Positions 43,546 through 54,513 of a DNA stretch of 64,000 nucleotides are shown in pieces. The stretch is taken from positions 160,001-224,000 of the forward strand of contig CAWJPJ010000007.1 of NCBI GenBank assembly GCA_963844715.1. The letters run 5' to 3'. The translations under genes were made by a program, and so were the position numbers. Below the pieces are notes generated by a model. It ran no database searches. It worked only from the letters and a program-made list of their open reading frames with translations, and was not told where the DNA came from. Each line of letters opens with the position of its first letter. The first letter of the stretch is position 1. The stretch is from an uncultured Phycisphaerales bacterium. GTDB taxonomy: Bacteria; Planctomycetota; Phycisphaerae; Tepidisphaerales; Tepidisphaeraceae.

Positions 43546-43608
43546 TGGGAGCCCCTGATTTAAACAGGCCGGTTTGAAAATTTCCACAAAAACTTATTTG
43601 GCGGCTTT

Positions 43609-44712
43609 TCACCGGATTTGCAGGCTCTCCGCCTCAAATTCCAGTCCCAGAGGATTGATTTCCACGGCTTTGCGCGACCCCTGCTTCAGAACCGATCCCC
43701 CGATGACCGCCTGGATCCCCACCGCCTTCGCCGCCGCCAGCGCGGGCCCGGCGTCGCCCGGCGACACATACGCCGCGAAACCGGCCCCCATGTTGAATGT
43801 CCCATACGCCTCGCGCGCGTCCATCGGGCCGTGCTTCTGGATGAATCGCATGACCGCCGGCACCGGCGGCAGCGACGTCATCCGATACACGAACGGTTCC
43901 TCCAGTCGCATCAGCTTCCGCCATCCATGCCCCGTGATGTGCGCCGCGTATTTCAGCCGCACGCCCGCCTTCTGACATTGCGCTACAAACGGCACATAAA
44001 TCAGCGACGCATCCAAGAGCGCCTCCCCGAACATCCGCCCATCCTGTTCCATGCGCGTCTGAAATCCGTCCGGCAATCGATCGGCCAGCGCCCGGCAAAG
44101 CGTCAGACCGTTCGTTTGAACCCCACTGCTTTCCAGTAGAACAATCAGATCCCCGTCTGCAAGGGTTCCCTCGATGCGCAAAGATTTCGGCCGAATCCGG
44201 CCCAGCGCCGATCCCGCCAGGACGATCGTCTCCGGATCGATCATGCCCTTCAGCGCCGGCGTCTCGCCGCCGCCCCAGACCGCTCCCGCTTTTCGGCACC
44301 CTTCGGCAAACCCGCGCGCCAGGTCACCGGCTCGCTCGGTATTCGAAAACCACCCCGCGTCCCCCACTGCCGCGTGCATCGCCACCGAAATCGGCAGAGC
44401 CCCGCAGGTGATCAGGTCGTTCACAATCGTCGCGACGGTGTCGATGCCGATATTGGCGTAAAAGCTCTTCCCCGTCCTGGCGAGCATCGCATCCGCCACC
44501 AGGTTTTTCGTCCCCAAGCCCTCCTCGACATGCGCCAGGAATTCCTCCGGCGTTTCGATCAAATAGGCGCTCTCGCCGCGCACATTTTTCGGCTCGGTAA
44601 GGCCGTGCCCGACCAGCGCCGAAACCGTCGTTGCCGCCTCCTTTTGGCAGGCCCGTTTGAACGCGTCCAGCGGGCCATAATCCACGCCACTGTTCTCGTA
44701 GGTCAGAGGCAT
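43609..44712 (-). CDS. purM: Phosphoribosylformylglycinamidine cyclo-ligase (AIR synthetase)
   Basis: TYENSGVD, EGLGTK, GGETP, SSGVQTNG, AHITGHG, TFNMGAG. Confidence 0.9.
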   Translation of the reverse strand: MPLTYENSGVDYGPLDAFKRACQKEAATTVSALVGHGLTEPKNVRGESAYLIETPEEFLAHVEEGLGTKNLVADAMLARTGKSFYANIGIDTVATIVNDLITCGALPISVAMHAAVGDAGWFSNTERAGDLARGFAEGCRKAGAVWGGGETPALKGMIDPETIVLAGSALGRIRPKSLRIEGTLADGDLIVLLESSGVQTNGLTLCRALADRLPDGFQTRMEQDGRMFGEALLDASLIYVPFVAQCQKAGVRLKYAAHITGHGWRKLMRLEEPFVYRMTSLPPVPAVMRFIQKHGPMDAREAYGTFNMGAGFAAYVSPGDAGPALAAAKAVGIQAVIGGSVLKQGSRKAVEINPLGLEFEAESLQIR

Positions 44713-44776
44713 TCCGCCGTTTTAGGCTCACCCGCCGCCAAAGACAAGCCGCATGCCCAGCCCTACAATTCGCCCC

Positions 44777-45613
44777 ATGATCCGCTTGGCTTTTTCCACC
44801 AACGCCTTCAAGAAAAACACCCTGAGCGAGGCGATCGAAGCCATCGCCAGGATCGGCTACCGCGGCGTGGAACTCATGGCCGACGTCCCCCATGCTCATC
44901 CGCCAAACTTGAGCGCCGCCGATCGTCAGTCTCTCAAAAATCGCCTCGCCACCCTGGGCCTATCCGTCAGCAATATCAACGCCTTCACGCTCTTCGCCCA
45001 CGGCGACACCTATCACCCGACCTGGATTGAATCCGACGCCGCGCGCCGGCAAACCCGCATCCGCCACACGCTAGATTGCATCGAGCTTGCCGCCGAAATG
45101 AATTGCCAAACCGTCAGCCTCCAACCCGGCGGGCCCCTCATCGGCACGAGCGCGTCGCGACAATCCGCTGGCGAATCCTTCGCCGAAGGATCGCGCCAGG
45201 TTCTTCCCTCGGCCAAGAAGCACGACGTCGTTCTGGCCATCGAGCCCGAACCCGGCCTCTTCATTCAAACCGCTGGCGAATTTTCCGAATTCAAATCCGC
45301 CTTCTTCCCCGCCGAGCCCTCGATCCGCATGAACTGCGACGTCGGTCACCTCTTCTGCGTCGGCGAGGATCCCGCAGCCGTCATTCGCCAGATGTCCGCC
45401 GAAATCGCCCACGTTCATCTCGAAGACATCGGCGACAATCGCGTCCACCAACACCTGGCTCCCGGCAAAGGCGCAATCGACTTCCCGTCGATTTTCGCGG
45501 CGTTGAACGACATAGCCTATCCTGGCTGGGTCACCGTCGAACTCTATCCCTACGAAACCATCGCGGCAGGCGTCGCCGAAGAGGCGTGGAACTTCCTTCA
45601 GCCGTTAATTTGA
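44777..45613 (+). CDS. Sugar phosphate isomerase/epimerase (TIM barrel)
   Basis: IEPEPG, DVGH, HVHLED, H..PGKG.IDF, VELY. Confidence 0.85.
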   Translation: MIRLAFSTNAFKKNTLSEAIEAIARIGYRGVELMADVPHAHPPNLSAADRQSLKNRLATLGLSVSNINAFTLFAHGDTYHPTWIESDAARRQTRIRHTLDCIELAAEMNCQTVSLQPGGPLIGTSASRQSAGESFAEGSRQVLPSAKKHDVVLAIEPEPGLFIQTAGEFSEFKSAFFPAEPSIRMNCDVGHLFCVGEDPAAVIRQMSAEIAHVHLEDIGDNRVHQHLAPGKGAIDFPSIFAALNDIAYPGWVTVELYPYETIAAGVAEEAWNFLQPLI

Positions 45614-45655
45614 TTTTTAACGGGCAGGAACAATAAGTTTAAGGAAAGCGGAAAG

Positions 45656-46288
45656 CTAAGCGGCGAGTCTCAGGCGGCGGCGGACCATGACGGTTAGGTC
45701 TACGCGGCAATCCAATAGCTCTTCGAGCAGGCGGAATTTTTTGCGGCGGGCGTAGACTCTGCGGGCCTTGGGGGAATCTTCACAGAGGCGGCAAGTGATG
45801 CGGACGCATTTGCCGCGGCGGAAGATCGTGAGCTTGGGGGGGCGGAGGGAGCGGCTGTCCAAGCCGTCGGCGGCCCGCAAAAATGCCAGTAAAAGGAGCA
45901 TTTTGGCGGAGTCGTCGCTGCGGCGGAGGATGCCATCTTTGCCGGGCTCGGGGACCTCGTCGCGGTGGTAGAGCGTGAGGTAGGCCAGGGCGCGGCGATG
46001 GCGATTCTTCAGGGGAAGAGACTCGTCTTCCAGGAGCATTTCGCAGCCGATCGACGGGTGGTCCTTTTCGCTGACGTGGCGGCCTATGTCGTGAACGAGG
46101 GCACCCATGCGAAGCAGGCGGCGATCTCTGGATTCAAGATTGTGAAGGGGAAGGGTCGCGTCAACCAGTTGACGAGCTATCGTGCTGACACGGCGTTCGT
46201 GTCGAACCGTGCCCAGGTGTTCCATGACCCAGCGACGTAGCATTTGTATTTGGGTGACCGGGCGGCATTCCCTGCCGAGACGACTCAT
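45656..46288 (-). CDS. Stand-alone HD-domain protein (Ppx/GppA C-terminal-like)
   Basis: HERRV, LVHDIG, LYHR, LRAADGLD; GGAGG RBS. Confidence 0.75.
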   Translation of the reverse strand: MSRLGRECRPVTQIQMLRRWVMEHLGTVRHERRVSTIARQLVDATLPLHNLESRDRRLLRMGALVHDIGRHVSEKDHPSIGCEMLLEDESLPLKNRHRRALAYLTLYHRDEVPEPGKDGILRRSDDSAKMLLLLAFLRAADGLDSRSLRPPKLTIFRRGKCVRITCRLCEDSPKARRVYARRKKFRLLEELLDCRVDLTVMVRRRLRLAA

Positions 46289-46481
46289 GAGTACCTCCGC
46301 GTACTCCTCCTTGGTCGGTCACATACTAAGTGAGGATTATTTACATTGCGCAAAGAAAAACAAGGTTCGGTGAAGATCAATCTCGGTTTTTGTGAGATTA
46401 TCGGGGGTGGGGAAATTTTCCGGCTATTTGCCCCGGCATGGCTATGCCGGGACATTGGAATACAATCCGCGCACCTTTTGC

Positions 46482-47436
46482 ATGCCAGACCCCGGCTCTA
46501 TTCCCGATCCATCGTCCGGAGCTGAACATCGCGCGGCGATGCTCTCGCTGACGCTGAGCGTGTTTCTACTGATCGTGAAATTCGTCGCGTATTTCATGAC
46601 GCATTCCAACGCGATCTTTTCCGACGCGGTGGAAAACATCGTCAACGTGCTGGGGTCGGGGTTCGCGGTTTATTCGATCAGCCTGGCGCATCGGCCGGCC
46701 GACCAGGAACATCCGTACGGGCACGGGAAGATCGAATTCTTCTCAGCGGGGCTTGAAGGGGGCATGATGCTCCTGGCCGCGGTGTTCATCGCGGGGAAAA
46801 TCGGGGCGGCGCTGTTCGCCGGGCAGTCTCCGATCCATCAGGAATTGGGGGCGGGGCTCATACTCATCGCGGCGGCGTTTGTGCTCAATGGGATCATGGG
46901 GATTTTTCTGTGGAATAGCGGGCGTCGCCATCGGTCTTTGACGCTGGTGGCGGATGGGAAGCATCTTTTTAGCGACGCCGTGAGCAGCGCGGTGGTGCTT
47001 GCGGCCCTGATTCTGGTGCGCTGGACGGGGTTGAAATGGATCGACACGGCGGCCGCAGGGCTGGTGGCGGCTTATATCGCGCAGCAGGCGCTGGGGCTGA
47101 TGCGAATCGGCGGCGGGACTGATGGATGAACAGGATGTCGCCGACCAGCGGCTATTGCGGAAGATCCTCGACAGCCATGTGGGGCCAAACGGCGTGGAAC
47201 CGCGGATTTGCAGTTATCACAAGGTGCGCCATCGGCACAGCGGGCGCTGGATTTGGGTGGATTTCCACATCATGGTCCCGGCGTGGTGGGATGTGCTGCG
47301 CGGGCATGAGGTGGCTAGCAGGATCGAATATGAGATCGAGCAGGCGCTGGGGGAATCGAATGCGACGGCGCACGTGGAGCCGTGCGTGGGGAAGGATTGC
47401 CCGAATTGCGAAGCGAATCGAGCGGGCGTTGCTTAG
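46482..47436 (+). CDS. Cation diffusion facilitator transporter (frameshift near 47110)
   Basis: SDAVE, PADQEHPYGHGKIEF, HLFSD, C-terminal HVEPC. Confidence 0.9.
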
Positions 47437-47967
47437 TGATGATGATGCATCCACATCAACAGGCCGATGATTCCAAAGAAGATGTCGATGATGCCGAGGA
47501 CGAGGCCGGTGACGGCCATGCCGTGTCCGCGATTGTCGCCGGTCTTACCCATGCCGCTGAGTGCGATGCCACCGAAGATGACGGCGAGCAAACCGGTGAG
47601 GGGACCGGCGCAAAGGATTCCGACAAGGGCGAGGATCATGGCGGTGTGCGACCATGCCGATGTGCGGGGAAACGGGACCCATTGGCCCCATGGGTTGGTA
47701 GTTCATGGGATAGGCGCCGGGCTGGGGGAATCCCTGCGGGGGAGGTTGGGGCGGCGGCGGGTATCCGGGCGCGGAAGGCATGGGAGGCGGGGGCGCGGCT
47801 TGGAAAACTCCGGGGACGGTGCTGGCGGCGGCCCAGTTGGTCATGCCTTGTTTCCAGATGAGATCGTTGGGATGGATGGCCCCGCCGGAGGCCATGGATT
47901 GGAGTTGAGAGAAGTCCACCGGCCCGCATTGCTGCCCGTTCTGGGTGTAAAACCATTCATCCGCCAT
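47433..47967 (-). CDS. GYF_2 (DUF4339) plus DUF4190-type membrane protein (frameshift near 47645)
   Basis: WFYTQNGQQCGPV..LIWKQGMTNW, Pro-rich linker, GHGMAVTGLVLG. Confidence 0.8.
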
Positions 47968-48002
47968 GAAAAAACTCCGTCAAAGAGATGCGTGGGTTAT
48001 AA

Positions 48003-49334
48003 CTACCGTACGGCGCCCGATGAGGCAGATATCGTCGAGACGGATTGCAGCCTGTCAAGGATGATTTTGACGTGGTGCGCGGTGGCGCCGCGGGAATCGA
48101 GGACGACTTTGCGGGCCGCGGCGCCCATGATGGCGGCTTCGGCCGGGTGGCGGAGAAGATCTGCGGCGGCCTCTTCGAGTCCATCGGCGGCTTCGACTAC
48201 GTGGATCGCCTGGGCATTAAGAAAACGATCCATCGCATCGGCAAAATTTGCCGTAAAGGGGCCGACGATGACGGGTTTGCCGAGGGCGGCGGGCTCGATC
48301 ATATCGCTCCCGTGCTGCTTGGAGCCGAGGTCGACGAGGGAGCGGCCGACGAAGACCAGATCGGCCAGGGCGTAAAATTTGCGCAATTCGCCCATGGTGT
48401 CGCCGAGGATGATCTCGGGCGTGCGGACGTCGAATTTGGGATTGGTGCGGCGGATGAGGCCGAAGCCCATCGACTCGATCAGCCTGGCGACTTCGTCGAA
48501 GCGTTCGGGTTTACGTGGGATGATGGCGAGTTTCAGGGTATTGAATTCGTCACGCAGCTTTCGGTAGATGGGCAGGAGGATTTCTTCCTCGCCGGGGCCC
48601 GTCGAGCCGCAGACCCAGAGTTTTTGAGCGCCGGGCGGGAGATGCAGGTCGGAGGCGAGTTCGTCCTGGCCGTCGACGCGCTCGGCGGTTTGGGCGGTGT
48701 CGAATTTCATGGTGCCGGTGACTTCGAGGCGATCCGCTGGAACGCCGAGGGCGGCGAAGCGGGCGGCGTAGATTTCATCCTGCACGCAGACGCGATCGAG
48801 GCTGGAAAACATTCCGCCGAACAGGGGGCGGGCTTTCTTGTAGCGATTGAAACTCCCTGGGGTGACGCGGCCGTTGACGAGCAGGACCGGGATCTTTCTT
48901 GCGGCACAGCGATGGATGAAATTGGGCCAAACTTCGAGTTCTAGCAGTACGACGATGTCGGGGCGGAGGGCGTCGAGGAATCGGTCGACGGCGGATGAAA
49001 AGTCGAGGGGGTATCGTACGAGGGTGACGTCGGAGGCTGAGCCGTAAAGCTCCTGTCCGCGGGCGAAGCCGGTTTCGGTGGTGGCCGAGACGATGAATCG
49101 CAGGCCGGGCTGGGCGGCGCGGAGGGAATCGACCAGGGCGCGGGTGGCGTTGATTTCGCCGAGGCTGACGGCGTGAATCATGATGGCTGGGGAAGAATGG
49201 TCGACGGGGGCGATATGGCCCATGCGATTGGAAAGAGCCGCGAGGACTTTGCGGCGGGCGGACGGCTTGAGGAGCCAATAGGGAGCAGCCAGCCCACCGA
49301 GGAGACCATAGGCGATGTCATATCGATTGGGCAT
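48003..49334 (-). CDS. waaA: Kdo transferase
   Basis: IHAVSLGE, YPLD, ELEVWPN, GTMKFD, DTMGEL, EPAALG. Confidence 0.92.
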   Translation of the reverse strand: MPNRYDIAYGLLGGLAAPYWLLKPSARRKVLAALSNRMGHIAPVDHSSPAIMIHAVSLGEINATRALVDSLRAAQPGLRFIVSATTETGFARGQELYGSASDVTLVRYPLDFSSAVDRFLDALRPDIVVLLELEVWPNFIHRCAARKIPVLLVNGRVTPGSFNRYKKARPLFGGMFSSLDRVCVQDEIYAARFAALGVPADRLEVTGTMKFDTAQTAERVDGQDELASDLHLPPGAQKLWVCGSTGPGEEEILLPIYRKLRDEFNTLKLAIIPRKPERFDEVARLIESMGFGLIRRTNPKFDVRTPEIILGDTMGELRKFYALADLVFVGRSLVDLGSKQHGSDMIEPAALGKPVIVGPFTANFADAMDRFLNAQAIHVVEAADGLEEAAADLLRHPAEAAIMGAAARKVVLDSRGATAHHVKIILDRLQSVSTISASSGAVR

Positions 49335-49338
49335 GAGG

Positions 49339-49937
49339 TCAGCGGTAAAGCCCGCGCTGGTGGATAAACCGTACCACCGGAGGCGGGGTGAGAAAATCGA
49401 TTGATAGGCCGGCTTTGACCCGGCGGCGGATGTCGGTCGAGGCGATGTCGATCTGCGGGACTTCGACGATGTTCTGGATGAGGAAGGCAAATTTTCGGGG
49501 GATGGAGGTGGGATCGAATGCCCAGCCGGGGCGTGCCATGAGGACGAATCTTACTTCCTTGAGCAGGGCGTCGGGCTCATGCCATTTCGGCAGCCCGGAG
49601 AAGAGGTCCGCGCCGATGAGCCAGATTACATCCGTCGCACCTTCGCCGCGGAGCTGGCGAGCGGAGTCGATGGTAAAGCTTGGGCCGGAGCGGCGGATTT
49701 CGCGGTCGTCGAGTTCGAAATCTGGGGACTGGTCGATCGCCAGCCGGCACATTTCCAGGCGGTCGGCGGCCGGGGCGGCTGATTTGTCCTCCAATTTAAG
49801 CGGCGAGATCGCGGTGGGAATGAGGATTACTTTCTCGATTCCGAGGCCTCGGCGGCCGCGCGGGCGCAGAGGAGGTGCCCGTGATGAATGGGATTGAAGC
49901 TCCCGCCTAGAAAGACTTTGCGCGGTAAATCGGCCAT
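49339..49937 (-). CDS. nadD: Nicotinate-nucleotide adenylyltransferase (frameshift near 49845)
   Basis: Manual 5' translation GGSFNPIHHGH; SFTIDS, LIGAD, IASTDIR. Confidence 0.92.
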
Positions 49938-50234
49938 AGGTTAAAAAATCACCCGTTCTGGCAGGAAAGAGTAGCTACTGACTCCGCCGGCTGCCAATTG
50001 AGGGGGCATCACAGATAAATTTCGCGATTCGCGCGGCTCTGGGGTTTGTGAAAAAAGTGCGCGAACAATATTTACGTTAACTTATTATCCAACGGTACTT
50101 ACAATACGAACAATAAGATAGAGAAGACGTATGAATCTGAGGACTGCAAGGTTCCGTAGGATTTAGTGAAACTTGTAGAATGGCTTTTGCATGGAAGCTG
50201 GTGGGAGAAGGTTGCGGGAAGCCGGAGGTGTCTT

Positions 50235-51228
50235 ATGGTGAGCGTGACCAAAATCCAAACGACTCGAGCAGCGCCTATTCCGCGTGCGTTGCGGCAGCGG
50301 GTGATGGGCCTGCTTTCGGAAAACTATGCGTATATGGACAGCCCTACGTTCCGACATAAGAACGTGGAACGGGAGCTGTTCACCCCTGATGCGGAAAGGG
50401 AGCTTCCGCTGACCAGTTGGTATCAGCCGACTCGCGATGATCTGCACGATTCATCGGGCTCGCCGCCGCAGCTTATGTCTGGGGCGGAAGAGCGGATGAT
50501 GTTCCTGCGGTTCAATTATTCGAAGAAGCGGCTCCAGGCGCTTGCAGCGGCGCATCGCCCGCGAAGGGCTGACGCTGAGGTTGGGGCAGGACATGGCGGA
50601 GTGGCACCGGAAGTTTGAACATTTCCGGGAATACTTGGTGCGGACGAACCTCGCCCTGGTTTTGGCGATGGCAAAGCGGACGCGGCTGGGTGAAGTCGAT
50701 TTCGCCGAGGTTGTCAGCGAAGGAAATATGGCCCTGCTGCGAGCGGTGGATAAATTTTCCGTCGATCGGGGATTCAAGTTCAGCACGTATGCGTGCCGGG
50801 CGATTTTGAAGGCGTTCAGCCGGACGGCGATGAAAGCGTCGAAGCAGCGGACGCGATTCCCGGTCGAATTCGAGCCCGATCTGGAAAAGAGCGATTGGGC
50901 GGATCGTCGGCGCGATCAGATCGAAGACGATTGCATCGACGAACTGAAGGCGATCGTGGATGAGAATCTGGCCGATCTTTCCAGCGTGGAGCAGACGGTG
51001 ATCCGCCGGCGCTTCAACTGGAAGCAGGATGAGGAATCGCCGCTCACTTTGGAAGAAGTGGGCAAGATCATCGGCGTGACGAAGGAGCGCGTGCGGCAGA
51101 TTCAGAACAAGGCATTGGCGAAAATCCGTACGGTGATGGAAGACGGCGTGCTGCGGATTCATCCGCGGACCGAGGCCGAAAGCCAGGCGCGTGCGGCGGA
51201 ATTGCAGCCGCCGACGGGCACGCCGTAA
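50235..51228 (+). CDS. Sigma-70 family RNA polymerase sigma factor, compact RpoD/RpoS-like (frameshift near 50545)
   Basis: NLALV, EGNMALLRAVDKF..RGFKFSTYA, TLEEVG..GVTKERVRQIQ; GGAGG RBS. Confidence 0.92.
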
Positions 51229-51242
51229 GTTTTGCATATTCT

Positions 51243-51284
51243 AAAAAAAGCGTGCAGGCGCTATCGGCGCCTGCACGCTTTTTT
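51243..51284. terminator. Bidirectional intrinsic terminator
   Basis: AAAAAAGCGTGCAGGCGC-TATCG-GCGCCTGCACGCTTTTTT between convergent genes. Confidence 0.9.
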
Positions 51285-51400
51285 ATTCGGCGATCCCAGT
51301 CGATCTTGGTGCCGGCCCCTCACCCGTCCTGCGGAAACCAATGGAAGACAGGGAGAGGGGATAAGAGGCGCGCGGGCATCCTCCAGAATCGATATTATTT

Positions 51401-51811
51401 CTAGGCGGCCCGGGGGGCGAATCTGAGTAGGGATTCGGGGAGGCTCTTGATGCCGCGACGAAGGGCTTTGCCGACGGCGTAGCGCATGGAGAGTTCGACC
51501 CGGCGGTGGACTTTTTCGGTCGGCTCGACGCCGCAGCGGCGCATTTCGCGGAGGGCCCAGTTCCAGACGGCGTATTCCTCTTCGCAGCGGCGGCGGTAGC
51601 GATCGAAGCCGATGGCGTGATGGCCGACTTCGTGGAGAAAGATGGCCAGGCTCATGGCGGTTTTGGGCTTGGGGGATTCGATCCAGTTGTCGACTCGGCC
51701 GTTGCTGTGGTAGACGCGCCAAGCCTTGCCGGTCATGCTCTTTCGCCAGCGTTTTACGCGGACACTGTGGCGTTGGGTGGTCCGTTTAACGATGGCGTCG
51801 AAGTCCTTCAT
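51401..51811 (-). CDS. Small basic HExxH protein (zincin-like)
   Basis: FLHEVGHH followed by CEEEYAVW. Confidence 0.7.
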   Translation of the reverse strand: MKDFDAIVKRTTQRHSVRVKRWRKSMTGKAWRVYHSNGRVDNWIESPKPKTAMSLAIFLHEVGHHAIGFDRYRRRCEEEYAVWNWALREMRRCGVEPTEKVHRRVELSMRYAVGKALRRGIKSLPESLLRFAPRAA

Positions 51812-51933
51812 GCCCAAGACTATCGGCAGAAGATTCGCCCGCGAATGATGGCGGTTTTTGCGCCGCGCATTGGCCGCGCCGGTGCGGAAATTATCGGCAA
51901 CATCTAGAATGCTCGACGATGAGCCTGCTGCGG

Positions 51934-52569
51934 ATGAACATTGCGAACCTTTCGATGATGCTGGCGATGCTGGCGGCGAGCGTGTGGGTTTTCGCGCAGC
52001 TGGTCGGGCGGCAGACGCGGCACCGGCGGCGCGTGAGCCTCTTACAGTGGGCGCGGGGGCGGAAGATGCGCGTGATCGATCCATCATCGGTCGTCGCGGG
52101 AGAGACGGTTCCCGCGCTGGTAGGACTGGACGCAAAGATCGTTTCGCTCATCGGCGGCAATGGCATCGCCATCGCGCAGGTTCAGACGAACGATTCCAAA
52201 TCCGCTTCGCCGTCGGCGTCCGCGGGGCGGAGCAACTGGAATCTGCTCCAGACGGCGCTGCCGTCGGAATGGACGGCGTGCGCGCTTCGTCCGGGGAGCG
52301 TCGCCAGGAGCTTCGTCGACCTGTTCGGCCTTTCCAGTTTTCCCTCGCTTGCGCCGGATCGTCGCTTCATGGTTTTCGGCGGCGAATCGCGCCCGGCGGC
52401 GCGGATGATCGCCTCGGGGATTATCTCGCGGCTTCCGCCGGACATCGGGCTAATTTTGCTGGGCCGACATCTGATTCTAGACTTCTCGACGCGGCCTTTC
52501 GACGAAGTCGAATTTTCGAGGATGATGGAAGTTGCCGGGGAGATCATCGCGCTTTTGAATGGATTGTGA
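51934..52569 (+). CDS. Hypothetical protein with N-terminal TM anchor
   Basis: Coherent ORF divergent from the HExxH gene. Confidence 0.6.
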   Translation: MNIANLSMMLAMLAASVWVFAQLVGRQTRHRRRVSLLQWARGRKMRVIDPSSVVAGETVPALVGLDAKIVSLIGGNGIAIAQVQTNDSKSASPSASAGRSNWNLLQTALPSEWTACALRPGSVARSFVDLFGLSSFPSLAPDRRFMVFGGESRPAARMIASGIISRLPPDIGLILLGRHLILDFSTRPFDEVEFSRMMEVAGEIIALLNGL

Positions 52570-52630
52570 GGTTTGTCTGTCCTGGGAAAGACGGCTAGGA
52601 TCGGATTGCAGCCGGTGAAGGAGATCGAAT

Positions 52631-53213
52631 TTGCCTCCGCAGGATTCCGCGCCCCAATGCGACGATTATGAATTGATGCAGCGGATCGCCGGCGGCGACG
52701 CCGCGGCGCTGGCGGCGTTTTACGACCGGCATGCGGGGCTGGTGCAGGGGTTGTGTTTGCGGATATTGCGGGATCGGGGGGAGGCGGAAGACCTGGTTGT
52801 CGATGTGTTTTGGGAGATCTGGCAGCGCGGGCAGCGCGTATGACGCGGCGCGCGGGGCGCCGCTGACTTATCTATTGACGGTCACGCGGAGCAGGGCTCT
52901 AGACCGGTTGCGGTCGGCGGAACACCGAGCCGGGAAATTCGATTCGCCGATTGCAGCGACCGATAATGTCGAGACGCGAGCCGGGGGCGAAGGCCCCTCG
53001 GCGGGGCTGGTGAGCGGGGAAAATCGGGACCGGGTGCGGCGGGCGATGGCGAGCCTCGACCCGGCGCAGCGGGAGGCGATCGAGATGTCGTTTTATGAGG
53101 GCCTCAGCCACAGTGAAATCGCCGCCAAACTCGATAAACCCCTTGGGACGGTCAAAACGCACATTCGGCAGGGCCTCATCCGCCTGCGCGAAAGTTTACG
53201 TACTCAGGAATAG
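52631..53213 (+). CDS. ECF sigma factor, SigK-like (frameshift near 52835)
   Basis: AEDLVVDVFWEIW, YEGLSHSEIA..LGTVKTHIRQG; AAGGAG RBS. Confidence 0.9.
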
Positions 53214-54038
53214 GTGAACCCTTTGGAATGCCGGGCTAGAAAAGATCAGATTCTGCACTACGTCGCGGGTACGCTGGACGACGGAGAATCCGCGGAGTTG
53301 CGCCGGCACCTGGCGAGCGGATGCGCCGAGTGCGCGGGATATCGGGCGGAGGCGGAGGCGCTGCTCGGATTGATCCCGCAGGCGCTGGATTCGGCGCCGG
53401 TTTCGCCGCAGGCGAGGCGGAAGTTGCTGGAACGGGTTTCGAAGTCGCCGCAGGTTGATCCGGGGGGGCCTTATCCGATCAACCAGCCGTGGGACCGAAT
53501 TGTGATTCCAGCGTCGATCGCGGCGGTGCTGGCGGTCGCGGTGACGCTGGTTGCGGTGTGGAAGTTTGGGGGAAATCGTCCGGCCCCGAACGGCCCGGAT
53601 GCGCGGGATGCGCAGATCGCGATGCTGGAGCGGATGGTTTCGGCGGACGCGATGACGATCACCGATATGCGAAGGGAGCTGGACGCGGCGACGCGGCCTT
53701 CGATGGCGGGGCTGAAGTTCGCGGAATTGACGGGGCCGGCGCAGCCGGACGCTTTGGGGCGGGTGTTCATCGATACGACGGGGGGGAAATGGTATTTCTT
53801 CAGCGCGGGGATGAAGCCGCCGCCCCCGAACAAGACGTACGAGCTTTGGCTTTGCTGCGGGGATCAGAAGCTTCCGGGCGGGACGTTTGAAGTAAATCAG
53901 GATGGGGTGGCGACTTTGATGGGGAATGTTCCGCCGATGCCGGCCGGGGAGCAGATTGTGCTGGCGGTGACGGATGAGCCGATGGGGGGAATGCCGGCGC
54001 CGACGGGTCAGATGCAGATTGTTGGAAAGCTTCAGTGA
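53214..54038 (+). CDS. Anti-sigma factor (zinc-finger plus RskA-like)
   Basis: HLASGCAEC, single TM, YELW, AVTDEP.GG...PTG. Confidence 0.88.
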   Translation: MNPLECRARKDQILHYVAGTLDDGESAELRRHLASGCAECAGYRAEAEALLGLIPQALDSAPVSPQARRKLLERVSKSPQVDPGGPYPINQPWDRIVIPASIAAVLAVAVTLVAVWKFGGNRPAPNGPDARDAQIAMLERMVSADAMTITDMRRELDAATRPSMAGLKFAELTGPAQPDALGRVFIDTTGGKWYFFSAGMKPPPPNKTYELWLCCGDQKLPGGTFEVNQDGVATLMGNVPPMPAGEQIVLAVTDEPMGGMPAPTGQMQIVGKLQ

Positions 54039-54298
54039 ACCTGGGGGCGATTTTTCCCGGCCAGGGTGTAGCCGGTGGCCTGATATCCTGCCTGATTGAC
54101 GGAGTTCATCAGTTGACCGACTGAAACGCTTTTGGGTTCGAAAAGGACGGAGACCTGTCCGGTGTTGTAATCGACTTCCACTTCGTGGACGCCATCGTTC
54201 AATGTGAGAGACTTTCGGATCGCGTCTTCGCAATGATGGCAATGCATCCCGTCAACGCGAATCACGGCGAGCTGATCCTGGGAAACATCCTTGCCCAT
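54032..54298 (-). CDS. Heavy-metal-associated (CopZ-like) domain protein
   Basis: VDGMHCHHC, AGY terminus. Confidence 0.9.
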   Translation of the reverse strand: MGKDVSQDQLAVIRVDGMHCHHCEDAIRKSLTLNDGVHEVEVDYNTGQVSVLFEPKSVSVGQLMNSVNQAGYQATGYTLAGKNRPQVH

Positions 54299-54513
54299 GC
54301 AGACAATCCTCAGTCTTTACTATCAGACCAAGCCTAGCTGATTCGCTTCCTTTTTAGGCGTTAAGCTCATTCAAGACAAGACCAAAATCACGTTGCGTGC
54401 GCTTAATATGGCGATGGTGAGTGGATTTGAGGGGTTTCGAGCGGTTTCGATGTGTGTTCCCTCGGGTTTAGGGAAGGGCTATAATTGCGGGTCTTCAGCA
54501 GAGGAGTTTATCC

